Notes: a model not told the origin generated them from the letters alone. A stretch of 63,975 bases of DNA, filler included, from Choristocarpus tenellus KU-1152 (GCA_964200185.2; 14 parts of 14 records of this genome joined end to end with filler, not necessarily neighbours in it); one strand, 5' to 3'; counted from the whole stretch's first letter, positions 49,485 to 63,460 are shown. Translations and numbers: made by a program.

Positions 49485-50163
49485 CAATCAATTTCATTTC
49501 TTGTTTGGCCATTATGGTCCCCGATTGTGATAAGACATCATAGACCAGTTCCTTTTATACGGTGATATATATCGATGATCTTCCAAGTGTGTGAGAGAGA
49601 GAGAAGCAGCATACTTCACGATTTGTTGTGGACCAGGAGTCCCATATAGGCACACATCTGTGTATCATCTATAGGCCCGTAGATTGGAGCTGTATCCATC
49701 CAGTGGAGGTGAGCTTTCGGGGGCGCCTGTAACAGAAATGCTTTGGAGTAGTAGATAAAATACTTATACACTGCTGTGCAGTTGTGACTTACCCTCTTAG
49801 ATTTTTTTTAAAGTCTGTGATCCTTCATGCTTTTACAAGGTTTCTGCTGGTTTGATCAGGGGTTTCATAAGCCTATCCTCCTCCCCCCCTTCAACACTAC
49901 CACTGTTGATATCATCACATTTGATTGGAGTATTTAGTCCACAACAGGCCACTGGCCTCTCATTTTTCACAGAAAAAGAAAAAAGGGGGGTATCGATCAT
50001 CCGACCAAGGCATACCGCTAAAGCAACTGTCCTTGGTGGATACATCTCAAAGTCTCTTGCCTGNNNNNNNNNNNNNNNNNNNNNNNNNNNNNNNNNNNNN
50101 NNNNNNNTTAATTAATTAANNNNNNNNNNNNNNNNNNNNNNNNNNNNNNNNNNNNNNNNNNNN

Positions 50164-50252
50164 GAATGAATAATATAAGTGCACTTTTCCTGGTTTTGGT
50201 CGAAATGGACACCTTGGTGTAGACCGCCCCCCACCCCCAGATACTTTGGTTC
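50164..50252. mobile_element. MITE family B half copy at a contig edge
   Basis: Consensus match. Confidence 0.8.
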
Positions 50253-50865
50253 TGATATTTTGTAGATGTGTCAGGGGGGAAACAAATAAAGACTATTATT
50301 GTTGTACTACAAACAGCCGATTTCAAAAATTGAGGATGGAGCTTTTCATTGAGTATGGGCTTGACCCAAAATTGACTGGGATAAAGTGTCGATATGTTTT
50401 TTTTTGTATTGTGTTTAGAAAACCATGCCTCCAATCTACCTACTTATGCATCCCGGGGGGAGGAGCTAGGGAGTATAAATATAATAAATATAATAAATAT
50501 TATATCATAATCACACTCATAATAATGGTAATAGTTGTAGTAATCCCAACCCTACCATTATTACTACTGTTATTATTGCTACTATTTTAAGCTATTTAAC
50601 AATATTTTTTATTATTATGTGAAACAGGTGGAAACAAGCCGACAGGTTCTTCAAAATGAAGGGGAGCGGGAAGATCCACAGGAGGACAGATCAAAGAGAG
50701 ACAAAGTCAAAGAGGGAGAGCAATCCCTCAGAAACTCACTCAGGAAAAGAGTCAACAAGTGGGAAGAGTGAAGGAGGGGGTTTTTGAAAGGCCAATCCAG
50801 ACCACCCAATCTTACTTCAAGCAGATGTTACCTTCAACATGCAAAAACAAATGTCACATGAATAT

Positions 50866-50987
50866 CATGATGTTCAAGATAGGTCACCTTCATGGTATAC
50901 CTTTTACATGATGTTCATGATAGGTTACCTTCAGGGTATACCTTCTACATCATGTTCAAGATAGGTCACCTTCAGGGTATACCTTCT
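50866..50987. repeat. 41-bp tandem repeat x3
   Basis: Units start at 50866, 50907 and 50948. Confidence 0.95.
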
Positions 50988-52706
50988 GTTGTGGAAGATG
51001 GCTCTCACAATTAATAGTAGTAGTAATATCAGTATTAAATTGTGGTAGAAGTAGAAACAAAGGTAATTAATGGTGGTGGTGATGGTTTGGTGGGTGTAGG
51101 AACTTATTCACTACCTCCGCCATACCTACCCTGTGGTCAGATGGCAGTGCACACTGAACTATGATATTATTTCTAACCTACGAACAAACTATTGGAGTAC
51201 AACCAATTGCACTATTATCTTGTACGCGCCTCGAATTTTTCTCGTGTGTTGACTTTCCCCTCGTTCGTGGTTCCGTCGATCTGGTGTGCGTACTCCGTCC
51301 ATCCTCAGATAATCTTCTCGCTGACGAATCTACATATATATTCCGTATCGTTTTATTGTGGTTTAGCACAGAAGAGCAAGGTACTGGTGTACCTCCCCAA
51401 TGCGCTAACCAAAATGGTGTATAAAATCATCAAAGTCAAAATATGCTTGGAAGAAAATCTGGACTTGATCGGAGTTTGAACACCAGTATTTCCGTTAAGG
51501 AATGTTGGTGGACTACTACTACCCGAACTACTTGGACAAGATCATGGTGTTCAAGGTTTCAAAAAAGTTACCGCGATTCCGCGTGTCAATTTCCCGGATT
51601 TTGGATTCATTCATCAATCAGTCAAACAACAAAGAATGCTAACTCTCCGGTGGGGGAGATCTTTCGGGATGTTGTTGTTGTGAGGTCTGAAATTGTCCGA
51701 TGTTGTGTGAGACCACCATACTTGCACTAGGATCGCTATTTAAACGATTTCCACACTTTTCCTGGTGTGCTTGGTGGAATTTGGCTTGAGCTATTCGTAT
51801 ACCAGACTGCGTATAGGGATTCATTCTAGTAGTACCTCACTGGATCAGTAAGGTCTTCTCTGCTTCCACAACAGAGCTGAGGTTATTAATCAATCCAGGA
51901 CCCCTTCGATTATCACAACTGAGCGAGTATGCCTCCCAAGAGGACAGCAACTGGAGAGGGTGGTCTGTCAAAGAAATTCAAGGAAGATGAAGCCTCAGCT
52001 GTCGTGGTGTTGAAGGTGTGCAACTGTGGGGCAGGTTGTGGTGCTAATCGAGTGGTTGGTATCTTATTCAAAGACCAACCAAATCATCCTACTTGAAAGA
52101 GATATTGAAGGTGTTTAGCTCCTCTTACGCATGATCAGAAGTCCTATTTCTCTTCACACAAGGGTTTGGACTCGTTTGTGGTGGAAGACCTTTATACTTA
52201 TCCACTTGTTGTGCATGTTTTGCGTAGTGCATTCTGTCTTTGCACATGTGGTTCCTCGCTAAGGGTACAGGAGGAGCGACGGATTTGGCAACCAACCTTG
52301 TTGACACAGCGGTAGTCTTTGGACACCTCTTTTTGGTTAACGTGGCGGTGACCCGTCCTTTTTAGACACGTTCAACTCTCCTTTCGCTGTTTTGCGAAGC
52401 AACACACCTCCATGAAACTACACTTCATGTCTTACTTCAACACTAATGCATCCCGAAACCCTCGTACCTGCTTCATGCAGCCGATCCTTCCGTCTCGCCT
52501 TTAAGCCAACCGCAACCCGTTCCACATCTTTCTCATCTCAGTACTGAACCCCAAACCAATTCTGTGCTCTAAGCTCGCTTCCCTTTTCTCGAAGTACAAC
52601 CCTACCCTGCCATGCCCACCCCCTATCCATGACTATTGTCCTCTCAACCCCAACTACAACCCGTCCCCATCGAATACACCAAAATATGTTGCCGCGTCCT
52701 CAAAAG

Positions 52707-52817
52707 GCGATCAACACCATCCGTATCCTAGCTGCAGACATCGTCCAGAAGGCCAAGTCGGGTCATCCAGGCGCCCCAATGGGATGTGCCCCCATGGCCT
52801 TTGCTCTTTTTGCACGG
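52707..52817 (+). CDS. TKT: Transketolase N-terminal exon
   Basis: [31 protein letters not shown] is the transketolase N-terminal signature; donor CGG|GTGAGT. The 5' boundary is either the acceptor caaaag| or an in-frame ATG at 52686. Other exons were not found in this contig. Confidence 0.93.
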
Positions 52818-53699
52818 GTGAGTGATTGAGGTCTTCGGAGATTGCAACATGTTTCCGTATAAACATAAACATATATATATATAATGAGGGTGAGATCATC
52901 TTCCAAGCAAAGATGATGAAGAGGAGGTGTACGGTCGTCCTTATGCCGAGATCTAGGGGTGGGTGAGATTCCATGTCAAATGCATGCTGTTGGTTGGAGG
53001 TGACCGTTACGCAGATTGTCTGTCCGTCGATGTGTTGCTTTTTGCGCTATGTGTCCCCCTCCTCATCCCCCCACCCCCCCTCAAAATTCTGAGTTACTAC
53101 ATCGAAGACTTTTAGGTGTTTCTCGAATGGTCTTGTTCATTTCGGTATATACACTGGAATGAACAGACTGTTCTCCCCACTTCTTCGTGTACCCATACGC
53201 ACACCAGCAGCATGGGCAGGCAGAGGGTTGGTACAGGCTGCTCTACATATCAGTACAAGATGGACATTCTGATCTCTAGGGGGGCGGGGGGCGGTTGATT
53301 GTGCGTTCAGTTCAAGTGGCCATTGCTGTCGTGTGAAGGTTTTCAGGGTGGTGAAAGGTTGCGTCTCACGTAACAAAGGACTAAAGAACCATATTTGGAA
53401 CCTCTTACAGCACAAGAGGCATCGCAGGTTTTTATGACGTTGCAAAAATTTCCCAAGAGAAGTAGCTAACTCCCGAGTACAGAAGCCTTCACATTGCGAA
53501 GAGAAGACTCTGTAAGGCACACACACACACCCCTCCTCACCCCTCCGAAGCAGAGTCAAGACTGTTTATTCAGGACGATTTCGTATTCCAGCTTGTCGTG
53601 GATGCTCCCGTCGTGCATCGTTGATCAACGACGGACATTAAGACATCCCCCCCACCTTCCGACCCCGTGCTCAAGTAGCTAGCCTCTGGCCTGCCTTCC

Positions 53700-53733
<34 letters not shown>

Positions 53734-56700
53734 CATTTTTTTTTTTTGGGTTTGGGTTTTTAAGACACCGTGGTGGGTAGTGGAACTGCGCTTTCNNNNN
53801 NNNNNNNNNNNNNNNNNNNNNNNNNNNNNNNNNNNNNNNTTAATTAATTAANNNNNNNNNNNNNNNNNNNNNNNNNNNNNNNNNNNNNNNNNNNNTACTC
53901 CTCATAGCCCTCCAACCCCGCACACATCTCTTGCCACACTGTCCGTCCGTCCCCTTGACGTGCACGGTTTAAAACCATGGGCCACTCTCCCCATGATACT
54001 CTTAATATACATTTCACCATCATTGCTCAGTGACAAACGTTGCTCCGTCCACTAGTAACAATTCCGTACAGTTCAAGTCCTAACATGTCCTGCATACCGA
54101 CCTGCACGGTATATGACCACAACTTACCCTTCCACTCTGTATGGTCATAGTTGCGTTTGATCCTTGTATTGGTAGAGCTGTATCCACTATACAAACTCAG
54201 TATGTCATCACCCATGTGACACATACATGTTGACCGAGAGTTAGACTTTATATCTTTTGTATATCACAGGGCAATAAAAAAAGGCAAGACAATCCTCTCA
54301 TCTTTGTTCTATAGTTTTCAGATTTTGTCGCGTTGTGGGACCTCGAAATCATTCCGCAATATGTGTAAACCGATGCACATATGAATGAGATACACTCAGA
54401 GTAAATAAATCCACAGCTCTACCTTCGCAAGGTAACAAGCCTCCACCCAGAGCATGCATCACTATCCTTGACCACGACACAGAATAGTACTGTATTGTAT
54501 AGTACTCGACAACCCTCTCCACAGAGCAAACCATTTGATGTATCACATTGAATTCCATCAGTCATTTGGTGCCCTTGGTCACCTCTTCACATTACAAAAG
54601 TTCAAACTTCTACATATAGCACTTTAGCAGCATCGACAATTCAATGTTTTTATATACGGACGGGAGAACCTCCGTACATTTTGTCACTGATGTAGTGCTC
54701 GACCAAATTACGATGAAAACGATGGAGGATATGAACCCAGGAGAATCAGGATGGGTTAGGGACAATAGAGAAACGACAATGATCGTGGCTCTGAGCTCTT
54801 CAAACCCAATTGATAGGAGGTGAGTTGTTGTATTGGTGTGCGTTCTATCACCACCACTACAATGGTAGAGATTGCCGCAAGGGATGATACAACTGCACAA
54901 GCGAAAATTTCATCACTACTGCTTACTGTGGTTGGGAGCTATTACTATAGACACCGTCACCAGTACTCTCAAGACAGATAGTTGCTGGATGATGATGAGA
55001 AGTACTACCACCATTACTCACTGTTAATGACAACAAATACGACCACGATTCTCTACAAGTGAATGGTAAAAAGGGCGATCCATTCCAGGGCTTGTAAGAA
55101 TGACAAGCGTGGAAATTAGACGATGTTGCTCGCAACAAACTTGTGGAGAAAAAATATACGAGCGTGGAAATAGAAAGATACGTGTAGAGGCATGAAGAAG
55201 GAACGAGGAAGAGAAGATGTGATGGTATCAAAGAACCTTAGACGCCAATGTGTTTTAAACACTAGAATAAATGTATAGTATGTAGTCTACAGTGAAGCTG
55301 AGATATTTTTCTCCCTGAAGCACTTTGAGTCGGGACTATTCATCGCTTGGACTGCTTTTGAGTAGCCTTCGTCATCTTCCCCCGAAAAATGCCACTGCTG
55401 AACTCTTAGTGGGACAAGGAGGGTTCTCATGTTTTCCTGATTCAACGGTGAGGAAGCAAGGCACCAGTTAGCTCCCCATCTGACGCCCTAGCTTAGTATC
55501 TTATTATGTACATATTAGGATAAGTGTTACCCATGGATATTGCATGCCGACACAATCAAGCGAACTTTATGATGAAGCAAAGTCTTCGTGTTGATTTAGA
55601 CCTTTGCACTTCGCACTTGTGTAAGTAGTACATTAGTCCATAACATTTAAGGGGATCGATTGTATCAATAGTACAAATCGCAGTAGCTATCGCCAGAAGA
55701 AGAAAAAGACACCTATTCTCGATTTGTTCCTCATATACAAATAGCGAGGATACCGAAGGTACAGATGCACTCAGCATCATCCATGCCATCCTGAGAAGCA
55801 ATTAGTTTCCATGTTGGTGCAAGAAGCAATTGCTATTGATACTATTATAGGACCACGATTATTTTTTTGTGCCCTTGTTATTCGTTAAGGCGAAGAACCG
55901 AAAGTCTAGACTAGGGCCACTGGCTGGCCTAAGGACCGGTCTGGTTACCATCTCGATGACCCCTTTGCGACCCTGTGAAGACATATTTAAATGGTCTGGT
56001 GGTGTGTAAACTGGTACGGTCATAACTCTCTCATTGCTCTGGATCGGTTCTGCTGAATCAGATATTATAAGCTTTTTTTGGTTGCCCTGTCATACTACTC
56101 CAAACATGGAAAAAGAAAATTGATAAGCTCCACTGCACATAGAATGAACAGTGCAGTCGACAAGAAATCTAAGCAAAGCAGACAAAAATATATTCTGATG
56201 AACGATGAGTGGTTCCCAAATTATTTCCAAGGGCCTCGTTCCAGCCACGATAAGACACTTTTAGCCAAGGCCAGCCCATGGCCCCCTCCCTCCAGATAGT
56301 ATTCTCGATGGCTCCATTCCGACCCTAAGAGACATGTAACCCGGGACAGTCCACGGTCCAGCTCAGAGTTACACTCTTTGGTGGCCCTGGACTGGTCCGG
56401 CTGTAGCATTATCCACCCAGACCGGTTTTGTTACATTTATCTAATCGGGTGAAAGCCCTGTTGTTCTAGTTTGAATACAACACTTCGACGTATGTATGTT
56501 CCAATTATAGTAGTATTTATTCCTAATTACTGTTCTTTACTTTCACCTGTAGACCACCCACTCTTGTAGTTAAAACGCCACACACTGGACTACCTCATAC
56601 TATAAAAACAAGTTGCTACACTACTACAGTATGTTGCACTATCTCCCCCCTCGAATCTCGTGCTCACCCAACTCAGCGTCAATCCATACCGAAGCCTTGC

Positions 56701-58069
56701 CACCTCATTATGGACTCCAGGCGATATTTGGTGTAGTGACAGAACTACACAGATTTATAATTCATAGTGCCTGCAATGTGGACTTTGGACAATCGAAAAA
56801 CATATTTTTCTGAGAACGAGTTTGGTATTTTGCGCTTTCGAACCAGCGAATTCCTACAGGGAAGAGAGTAATACTGTCGTTTGATCCATTGAGCAACAAG
56901 CAATAATGTTGGCACAGTTTCCATTATGCTATATGATACATATTTTCCCCATAAATAGTTTGTTAACATATTTCTTCCCATGACGTATTTGTCCTTGTTC
57001 AGTACTTGCTTTCCTTGCATCTTCATGAACTCTTGCACCTACCTTTCCTCTTCTCTCCCTTGGGTAGTGTATCATCAGATGCCAGTTCATTTTTTGTCTA
57101 TTTCTCCCTATTATGCCCTTTTGATCATGGATCCAGGGGTGTTTTTGTCTCTCCTCTTTCTTTTCTCGGATTAGTAGTGCATTTTTGAATTCTCCACATT
57201 TTCTTTCAAGTAACATTTTTGAATTCTCCAAAATAGATATTTTTTTCATTCTTTTTTTGCATTGCCTTTCTGACTACAGTGCCAGGCATGGTGTATGTTG
57301 CTTTGATTTCCACGGTATCTTACGTTGTTGGACCATCGTCTAATTTTAAGACCTTCTTATGACCGCTGACATTCAATAAGTCACGGTGGGGGTAAGAAGC
57401 AGCGTCCAAGGTAGAAAACAAATACAACAAATACAACAAGAGAGGTGTAGTACACGTTTTCCTATCTAGTAGAATATAGCGAGGTTGCTTTATATACCAA
57501 CAGCAGCAGTTAGTTGTAGTGTAAGTGAAGTGAACAAAATCAAAAGCCTTGCACTCTACGTGACAGCATTAGTTGCATTATGTCTTTGAATTTTTGACTG
57601 AAACATTGTGTGTTAATCTACCAATCAATCAAATCCTTCCAAGGTAATCAAAAAGACATTATTCCAACATTGGCCACAGAAAACTGGTTGTATAGTCAGG
57701 TTATTATCTGACAGTAAGAAACACAGACATGACAAGACCAAAATGTCAGAGGCAAAAGATGAAAAAAAGAAAATCGGATAATATCTGTATATTTATTCAG
57801 GAAGAGAACGTTTTGCATCTAGGTGTGTTAACGAACTCATGCGATCCAAGGAAAATCTTTGCCATTGGTCACGAAAGTGAATTAGTGCGTTTATTTCTAC
57901 AAGTCCAATTTATACTAGATTCATAATGTATTTCTTATTCATTTTATGCATCACAAATTACCCGAAAAAGTTGTAGTTTGATGTATTGTTACTTCATCCG
58001 ACGCAAACGTGGCGGCGGAATATTGAGGATGTATAAATACTCACTCATCATACAGATAGGTACGTATGT

Positions 58070-58231
58070 GGCTCAAAGTACTGGGGTGGGGTGGGGTGGG
58101 GTGGCAGTGGTTCATTTGGGGTCAATTTTTTAATGCCGAGAATTTTGGGTGATTTGGTTGCATTCGTCGGATGGATAATGTAAGTGAAATTTCCTGTTCA
58201 GGGCCCAAATGGACAAACATCCTGGTGTAGA

Positions 58232-58268
<37 letters not shown>

Positions 58269-58270
58269 AC
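58070..58270. mobile_element. MITE family B copy running into poly-C at the contig end
   Basis: Consensus match. Confidence 0.8.
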
Positions 58271-59043
58271 CTTTTTGTGTTGGCGGTGCTGGGAGCGCGG
58301 CGCGGTGGAGNNNNNNNNNNNNNNNNNNNNNNNNNNNNNNNNNNNNNNNNNNNNTTAATTAATTAANNNNNNNNNNNNNNNNNNNNNNNNNNNNNNNNNN
58401 NNNNNNNNNNCTGTTCTACATAATGAGGAAATAATCGAGTTATTTACACACAAAAGTCTTGGGAACACCAGTTTCTTTAACAATCCTCTTTGATGATTTT
58501 GGGGATACTTTAACAGAACCCAAGTTGGTCTGATTGGTTTAATGCTAAGAGAGTGATAGGGTATCTGTTAGGTACTAGAGAGGATAACATTACCTTTGGA
58601 GACTTTAACTTGTACAGGAATAGACCGATGGATCAGCTAGTTGAATCTACTGATGTGTTCACATAGGGACATGCGTTATAATATTGTACACACTCAATGC
58701 TGCTATTAGTATACATGAAGTAAGAGATGCATTTGTAGCAAGATATTGTGACTAGAATGACTTATGAGCGATGGAAAGTAATACTAGAGTATGGTGATGT
58801 TCGAGTAATGTTCTAGGAATGTTATTGTTAGTTAACTTCTAAGGTTGTTTGCTAGGATGGTTATGAAGGGTAGGATAACACCCCCCCTTATGGATAGACC
58901 TCACTCTTTGGATAGACCTCACTCTTTGTTGTAACTTCATAAACCACATTCTGCATCATCTTTGTGGGGAAGCAGTACCCTCTTTGGTAGCATGTAAACA
59001 CATTTTAAACGAGACATCTTCCGCAAAGTGCACTACAGATCGG

Positions 59044-59290
59044 TGTTAAAGTATCCCCCGGCTCATGTATGGATAGAAGAGATAAATACAGAAGTATTAC
59101 CAAGTGATTTTTCCCACGCAGAGGGGGTGATCATACAACCCCAAAACACCATGCTCTACGAAATCAATTCCTATCTATCCGTTCCTATACAAGAACAAAT
59201 ATGGGTTGACCAACTTGTAATTCTTGTATTCTGACACTGTATGTATACTACCAGTGATATCTGTTACAGTTGGAGGAGTCTATTCGAACA
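59044..59290 (-). repeat. Solo LTR related to the 38248-38509 Copia LTR
   Basis: TGTT...AACA termini; shared TGTTCGAxTAGACTCxTCCAACT and GATACTTTAACA. Confidence 0.65.
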
Positions 59291-59339
59291 ACTGGGAGGT
59301 ACTGCGTGAACGGCTTGATTTAAGGAGGTAGCAGAACAA

Positions 59340-61012
59340 AGAGTCCAGAATGTCGTAGCTTCGGGGGGGGGTGACCAAAAACTGGTGGAGACCGGGGTGT
59401 GGGATGAGGTGAACAGGTCATCGGATCACCGTGTGGTGTGAATCAAATGGTTGTTTAAGAGAAAGGTAAATTCGGAGGGAGAAGTGACTGGGTACAAAGT
59501 CTGCCTGGTAGACATGAGCAACAGGCAGATCCCTGGACTGGACGACACCAAGAATATTGCGCCTATTCCTCAACAAGCACCTTACGGTTGGTGATGGCAA
59601 TCACTGTGTTTGAGGACCTGGAGTACGACATGTTGATATGGGACAGGCTTTTGTGCTGGCAGATGTCAAGGACATCTACGTTGAACTGCCAGAGGATGTG
59701 GCAGGAGCTTCAGGATTGGTAGGAAAGCTCAAGAGGTCTTTGTATGGCTTGGTACAGGCATCGCACAGCTGGAAGCTGAAACTAGTTGGGACTCTCAGGG
59801 GGCTAGGCTTCGAGCAAGGTGAGACTGGCCCATGTTTGCATCTGGTGGAAACAGGGTGATGGAAGTGCTGTTAGCCACTCATGTGGATGATCTGTCCATG
59901 GCTAGTCGCTTGGTAAATAAGGCCACAGTAGTGTTGGAAGGTCTAAACAAGAATTCCCTGTGAAGGATTTGGGGATGTAAAGCTGTATATGGGATGTCAT
60001 ATTACACAGGATCGGAAGATGAGGACGTTGAGGACCGATCAGAGTATACATGGAAGGGCTAGTGAAGACCCAAAGTATTTGGGAGGGGAGGAGGGGTCTA
60101 CACTAGGGTGTCCATTTGCCCCAAAAGCAGGAAAAGTGCATTTACATTATCCATCTGACGTATGCAACCAAATCACACAAACATCACGACATGAAAAAAT
60201 TGACCCCAAAAATGGACAGCCGCCACCCCCCCCCCCAGCTACTTTGAGCCTGGAGCACCAAGACATCGCCAAAGAATGTGATATGCCTGGGTGTATAACC
60301 AGACGTATACCTGAGAAGGATTCGTGTGTAGAACTGGACTCATCTACTCCATACAGGGAAGCAGTGGGGTTACTAATCTGGTTAGTGACCATCACCAGGC
60401 CTGATATCTAACGTGGTAATGACAGTTGACAGATTTGGCAGTAACCCAGGACAGAGCCATTGGGAAGCTGTTAGACGGATTTTTGTGTACGTGAGTCACA
60501 CAAGGGGGATCGGCATCACATATAAAGGAAAGATGGAAAAATGTCTGGAGGCATTTGCGGATACAGACTATGTATGCATCTGATCTGGACCCGCGGAGAT
60601 CTGTATCAGGGGCGCAATTAAAAATTAGAGGTGTAGCAATATATTAGTTTTCAAAGATGCGGAAGGTAGTGACTCTGTCCACGACAGAATTTGAATTGTG
60701 GCTTTAAGTGCCACAGCTAAGGAAGTGCTCTTCTTGAGAGAGGTATTGGAGTTTGTAAACCTGGAGAGGATCACTAGGTGAATGTTGATGTACAAGGACA
60801 AAGAGGGGGCAGTGAAGTTGTTCGGAAACCCACTCAATGGGTTTAGGAAAAGCATATTGATGTACACCACCATTTACTTAGGCAGTTGTTTAGGGACAAG
60901 ACTACAGAGGTTGTGCATGTGAGATCTGAGGAGCAACATGCGGATTTTCTTACCAAGTCTTTCAATCGCGATAGGTTTATGTATCATGTTGGTAGTGTGC
61001 GAACAAGGCACT
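59340..61012 (+). mobile_element. Ty1/Copia reverse transcriptase-RNase H, degenerate
   Basis: KLKRSLYGLVQA, HVDDL, PYREAVGLLIWL...TRPDI, RRSVSG, KHIDV and QHADFLTK. A second RNase H fragment (STAEAEYVAL) lies at ~61080-61180. Confidence 0.93.
60067..60250. mobile_element. MITE family B inserted in the Copia RT
   Basis: Both TIRs; flanks TGAA/TGGA. Confidence 0.9.
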
Positions 61013-61184
61013 GAATATGCTAACTGCAAGGAGAGTAGCTTGTTTATGGTGGTCTTGGGCTGTTTGAGAGAGGATGTGTCGACTGGTGGTCTAGGAAGCA
61101 GAGGACTGTTATAATTTCTACTGCTGAGGCTGAGTATGTTGCACTGTGTGAGCTAGGGAAAGTGGTTATGTTCCATGAGCAGAT

Positions 61185-61280
61185 GAGTCAGAGTGTCCTA
61201 GAGGGTAAAGCCGCATCCGTTTGGGGGTCAAAATCCAGTGTTGCGAATTTGATAAAATTTTGACTGTTGTATTTGTTAGC
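61185..61280. mobile_element. MITE family A fragment
   Basis: One TIR plus internal sequence. Confidence 0.8.
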
Positions 61281-61675
61281 GTTAAGAATATGCTTTTTAT
61301 TCGTGTGTAAAAGAAGATTCTGTAGAAGAAACAATTTAAGAATTAAGAGACNNNNNNNNNNNNNNNNNNNNNNNNNNNNNNNNNNNNNNNNNNNNTTAAT
61401 TAATTAANNNNNNNNNNNNNNNNNNNNNNNNNNNNNNNNNNNNNNNNNNNNACTAAAAAAGTGAAAATCGAAAAAAAGGTGGAAAACGGACGCCGACACC
61501 CCCCCCAGATACTTTGACCCTGATCAATTTTTTTTTAAGTCCCCCAAATGCTGTGTCTATCGGAACAGTTTGAAAACAAAAACACGGAATACTATTCGCC
61601 TTTGCTGTTTGCATTGTGCTGCAGTAGGTTAGAGCTCCAGCACAAGGCGTTCAAAAGAACATGCAAAAGACAAAC

Positions 61676-61936
61676 GAGTCAAATAATCTTTTAGAGGGTA
61701 GAGGCGCGTCCTTTTTGGGACCAAAATTCAATGTTGTGATGTTGATGTAATTTTGACTATCGTGTTTGTTGGGATGTGTCAATATCCTTGTTCCAAACAC
61801 ACCTTTTCATAACATACACATTTTACCTAATTCAAAACATTTTGGAGTAGATAAAATGTCATAAGAAACCCGTGGGAAGTCGAGCCTGAAACGGACAAAC
61901 AGGGCAAAACTCATACCCTCTAAGAAAATTTCACTC
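61676..61936. mobile_element. MITE family A copy (intronic)
   Basis: TIRs; TSD AAAC. Confidence 0.9.
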
Positions 61937-61951
61937 AAACACCTTCCTCAC

Positions 61952-62398
61952 CTCGCTCAAGTCTTCACCATCAACCCCTCCTCCGCTGTCCTTCTTGCCC
62001 CCTTCAGGAACATATCCCTTCAGGTCCCTACACTCACCCCCCTCCCCATCCTCTCTGGCCTTGATCTCTCCGCCCATAGCATCCCTTCCCTTAATTCCCA
62101 TCCCACCCCCCGACTCTCCTGTTCCCTTCCTGTCACCAAGCCCCCTGCTCCTAACCATGCTCCCAACTCGATCAGCAGGACTGGTCCCATTAATGAGGGG
62201 TGTATCAGTTCTGCACCCAGAAGTGCCGTGAGACCCACTCTCCTCCCAAGTACCACTGCTGATGCTTGCACCCCCACTGCTGCTGTTCCTTGCTAAAATC
62301 TCAAGTGCAGTCATTGACCCTTCGCGGGGCATCATTTGACCAGTAGCCGAGTATACGCTGGTTGGGTTGTCCAGCCTTCTGCCTTGGGCTATCGAGGC
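61952..62398 (-). CDS. Next exon of the same gene
   Basis: cctcaag| acceptor, GAG|gtgagg donor, 447 nt open, phase 0-0. Confidence 0.65.
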
Positions 62399-62590
62399 CT
62401 TGAGGTACAATAAAGAGTCAAAGAAACAGAGAATGGGGATTTTTTTTTTTCATCATTTTGAGTTTCTAGGGTTTCTTTCAACTCTGTTAAGAGATCACAA
62501 AAACAGGGGGTCGATAGAGATAAATTGCTTCTGCAAACAGCCAAAATACTCTCCACAACTGTGGTCTGAGACCTCCAGAGCCTTCTACAC

Positions 62591-62641
62591 CAGAAAGTCA
62601 GAGAGGCCGCTAAACCTCAATCCACCCCCCTCTCCGATACT
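62591..62641 (-). CDS. Probable 51-nt exon of the same gene (SIGEGGGLRFSGLSDFL)
   Basis: gagtcag| ... |gtgtag, phase 0-0. Confidence 0.5.
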
Positions 62642-63001
62642 CTGACTCAATGTCAAAGCCAGGGTAGGAGGAAGGGATGGACACAGACAAGAGAAAAAGT
62701 ATACTACTAGTATATATATATTTGTGGTACATCATGTATTCATAGAAGTGAAGGCTCCGTTGAGTCAAAAACAGTGCAGGGGGGGTAGGGGAGTGGTGGT
62801 AAGGGCTAGGAAGCAACGCCCAGAGATAAGACGTTTCCAGCACCAAATGGCATATCCTGCCAAAAACAAGCATGCTTCACTCTCAGCTTCCATAACTACG
62901 TATTGCAGAATACCATTGACCCACAAACATCAAAGGCATAGCCCCTTACTCCATCCCACCTATCCCTTCCCCTGCCAGCACCCGACACACACCATACTCA
63001 C

Positions 63002-63460
63002 TGTGCTGAGTAGTTCATCCAGGGGCTGCACAAGTTTCAGCCTCACAGTGTCTCGATCACGATTACGTTCTTCACCCTCTTCACCCTCGCTGACACCATC
63101 ATCCTCCTTGCCCCCTCCTCCCTTGCCGTCACTCCTTTCCCCGGTGTTGCTACCAAACCATCCTGCAAATGCGGCTACTGCAGTTCCCCCCATAGCACTA
63201 AGTATTGGTGACCTCAGTGGTTTAACTGAAGGCAATGATTGAGAGGGTGTTGTTGAAGAAATAGCTGCAAACGGTTCCCCAGTAGTGCTGCCACCAGAGA
63301 GTTCAGGCATCCCTGATGGGAGCAATTGCTGTGGTGACGAGATTGATTGCCTAGCTGCTGTAACCGTGTCATCTAGTCTAGCTTGAGTTGAGGTAGATGA
63401 GGAGGAGTCGAACATGGCAGCAGTCGAGCATGAGAAGAGGGGTCCCTTTTCAAAGCCCAC
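63002..63460 (-). CDS. Internal exon of an unidentified Ser/Gly-rich protein
   Basis: gctgacaag| acceptor, |gtgagt donor, 459 nt open, phase 0-0. Confidence 0.7.

Noticed and set aside
50866-50987. 41-bp repeats (and 39452-39607) as CRISPR arrays
   Set aside because: Head-to-tail units without unique spacers, no cas genes, eukaryotic context.
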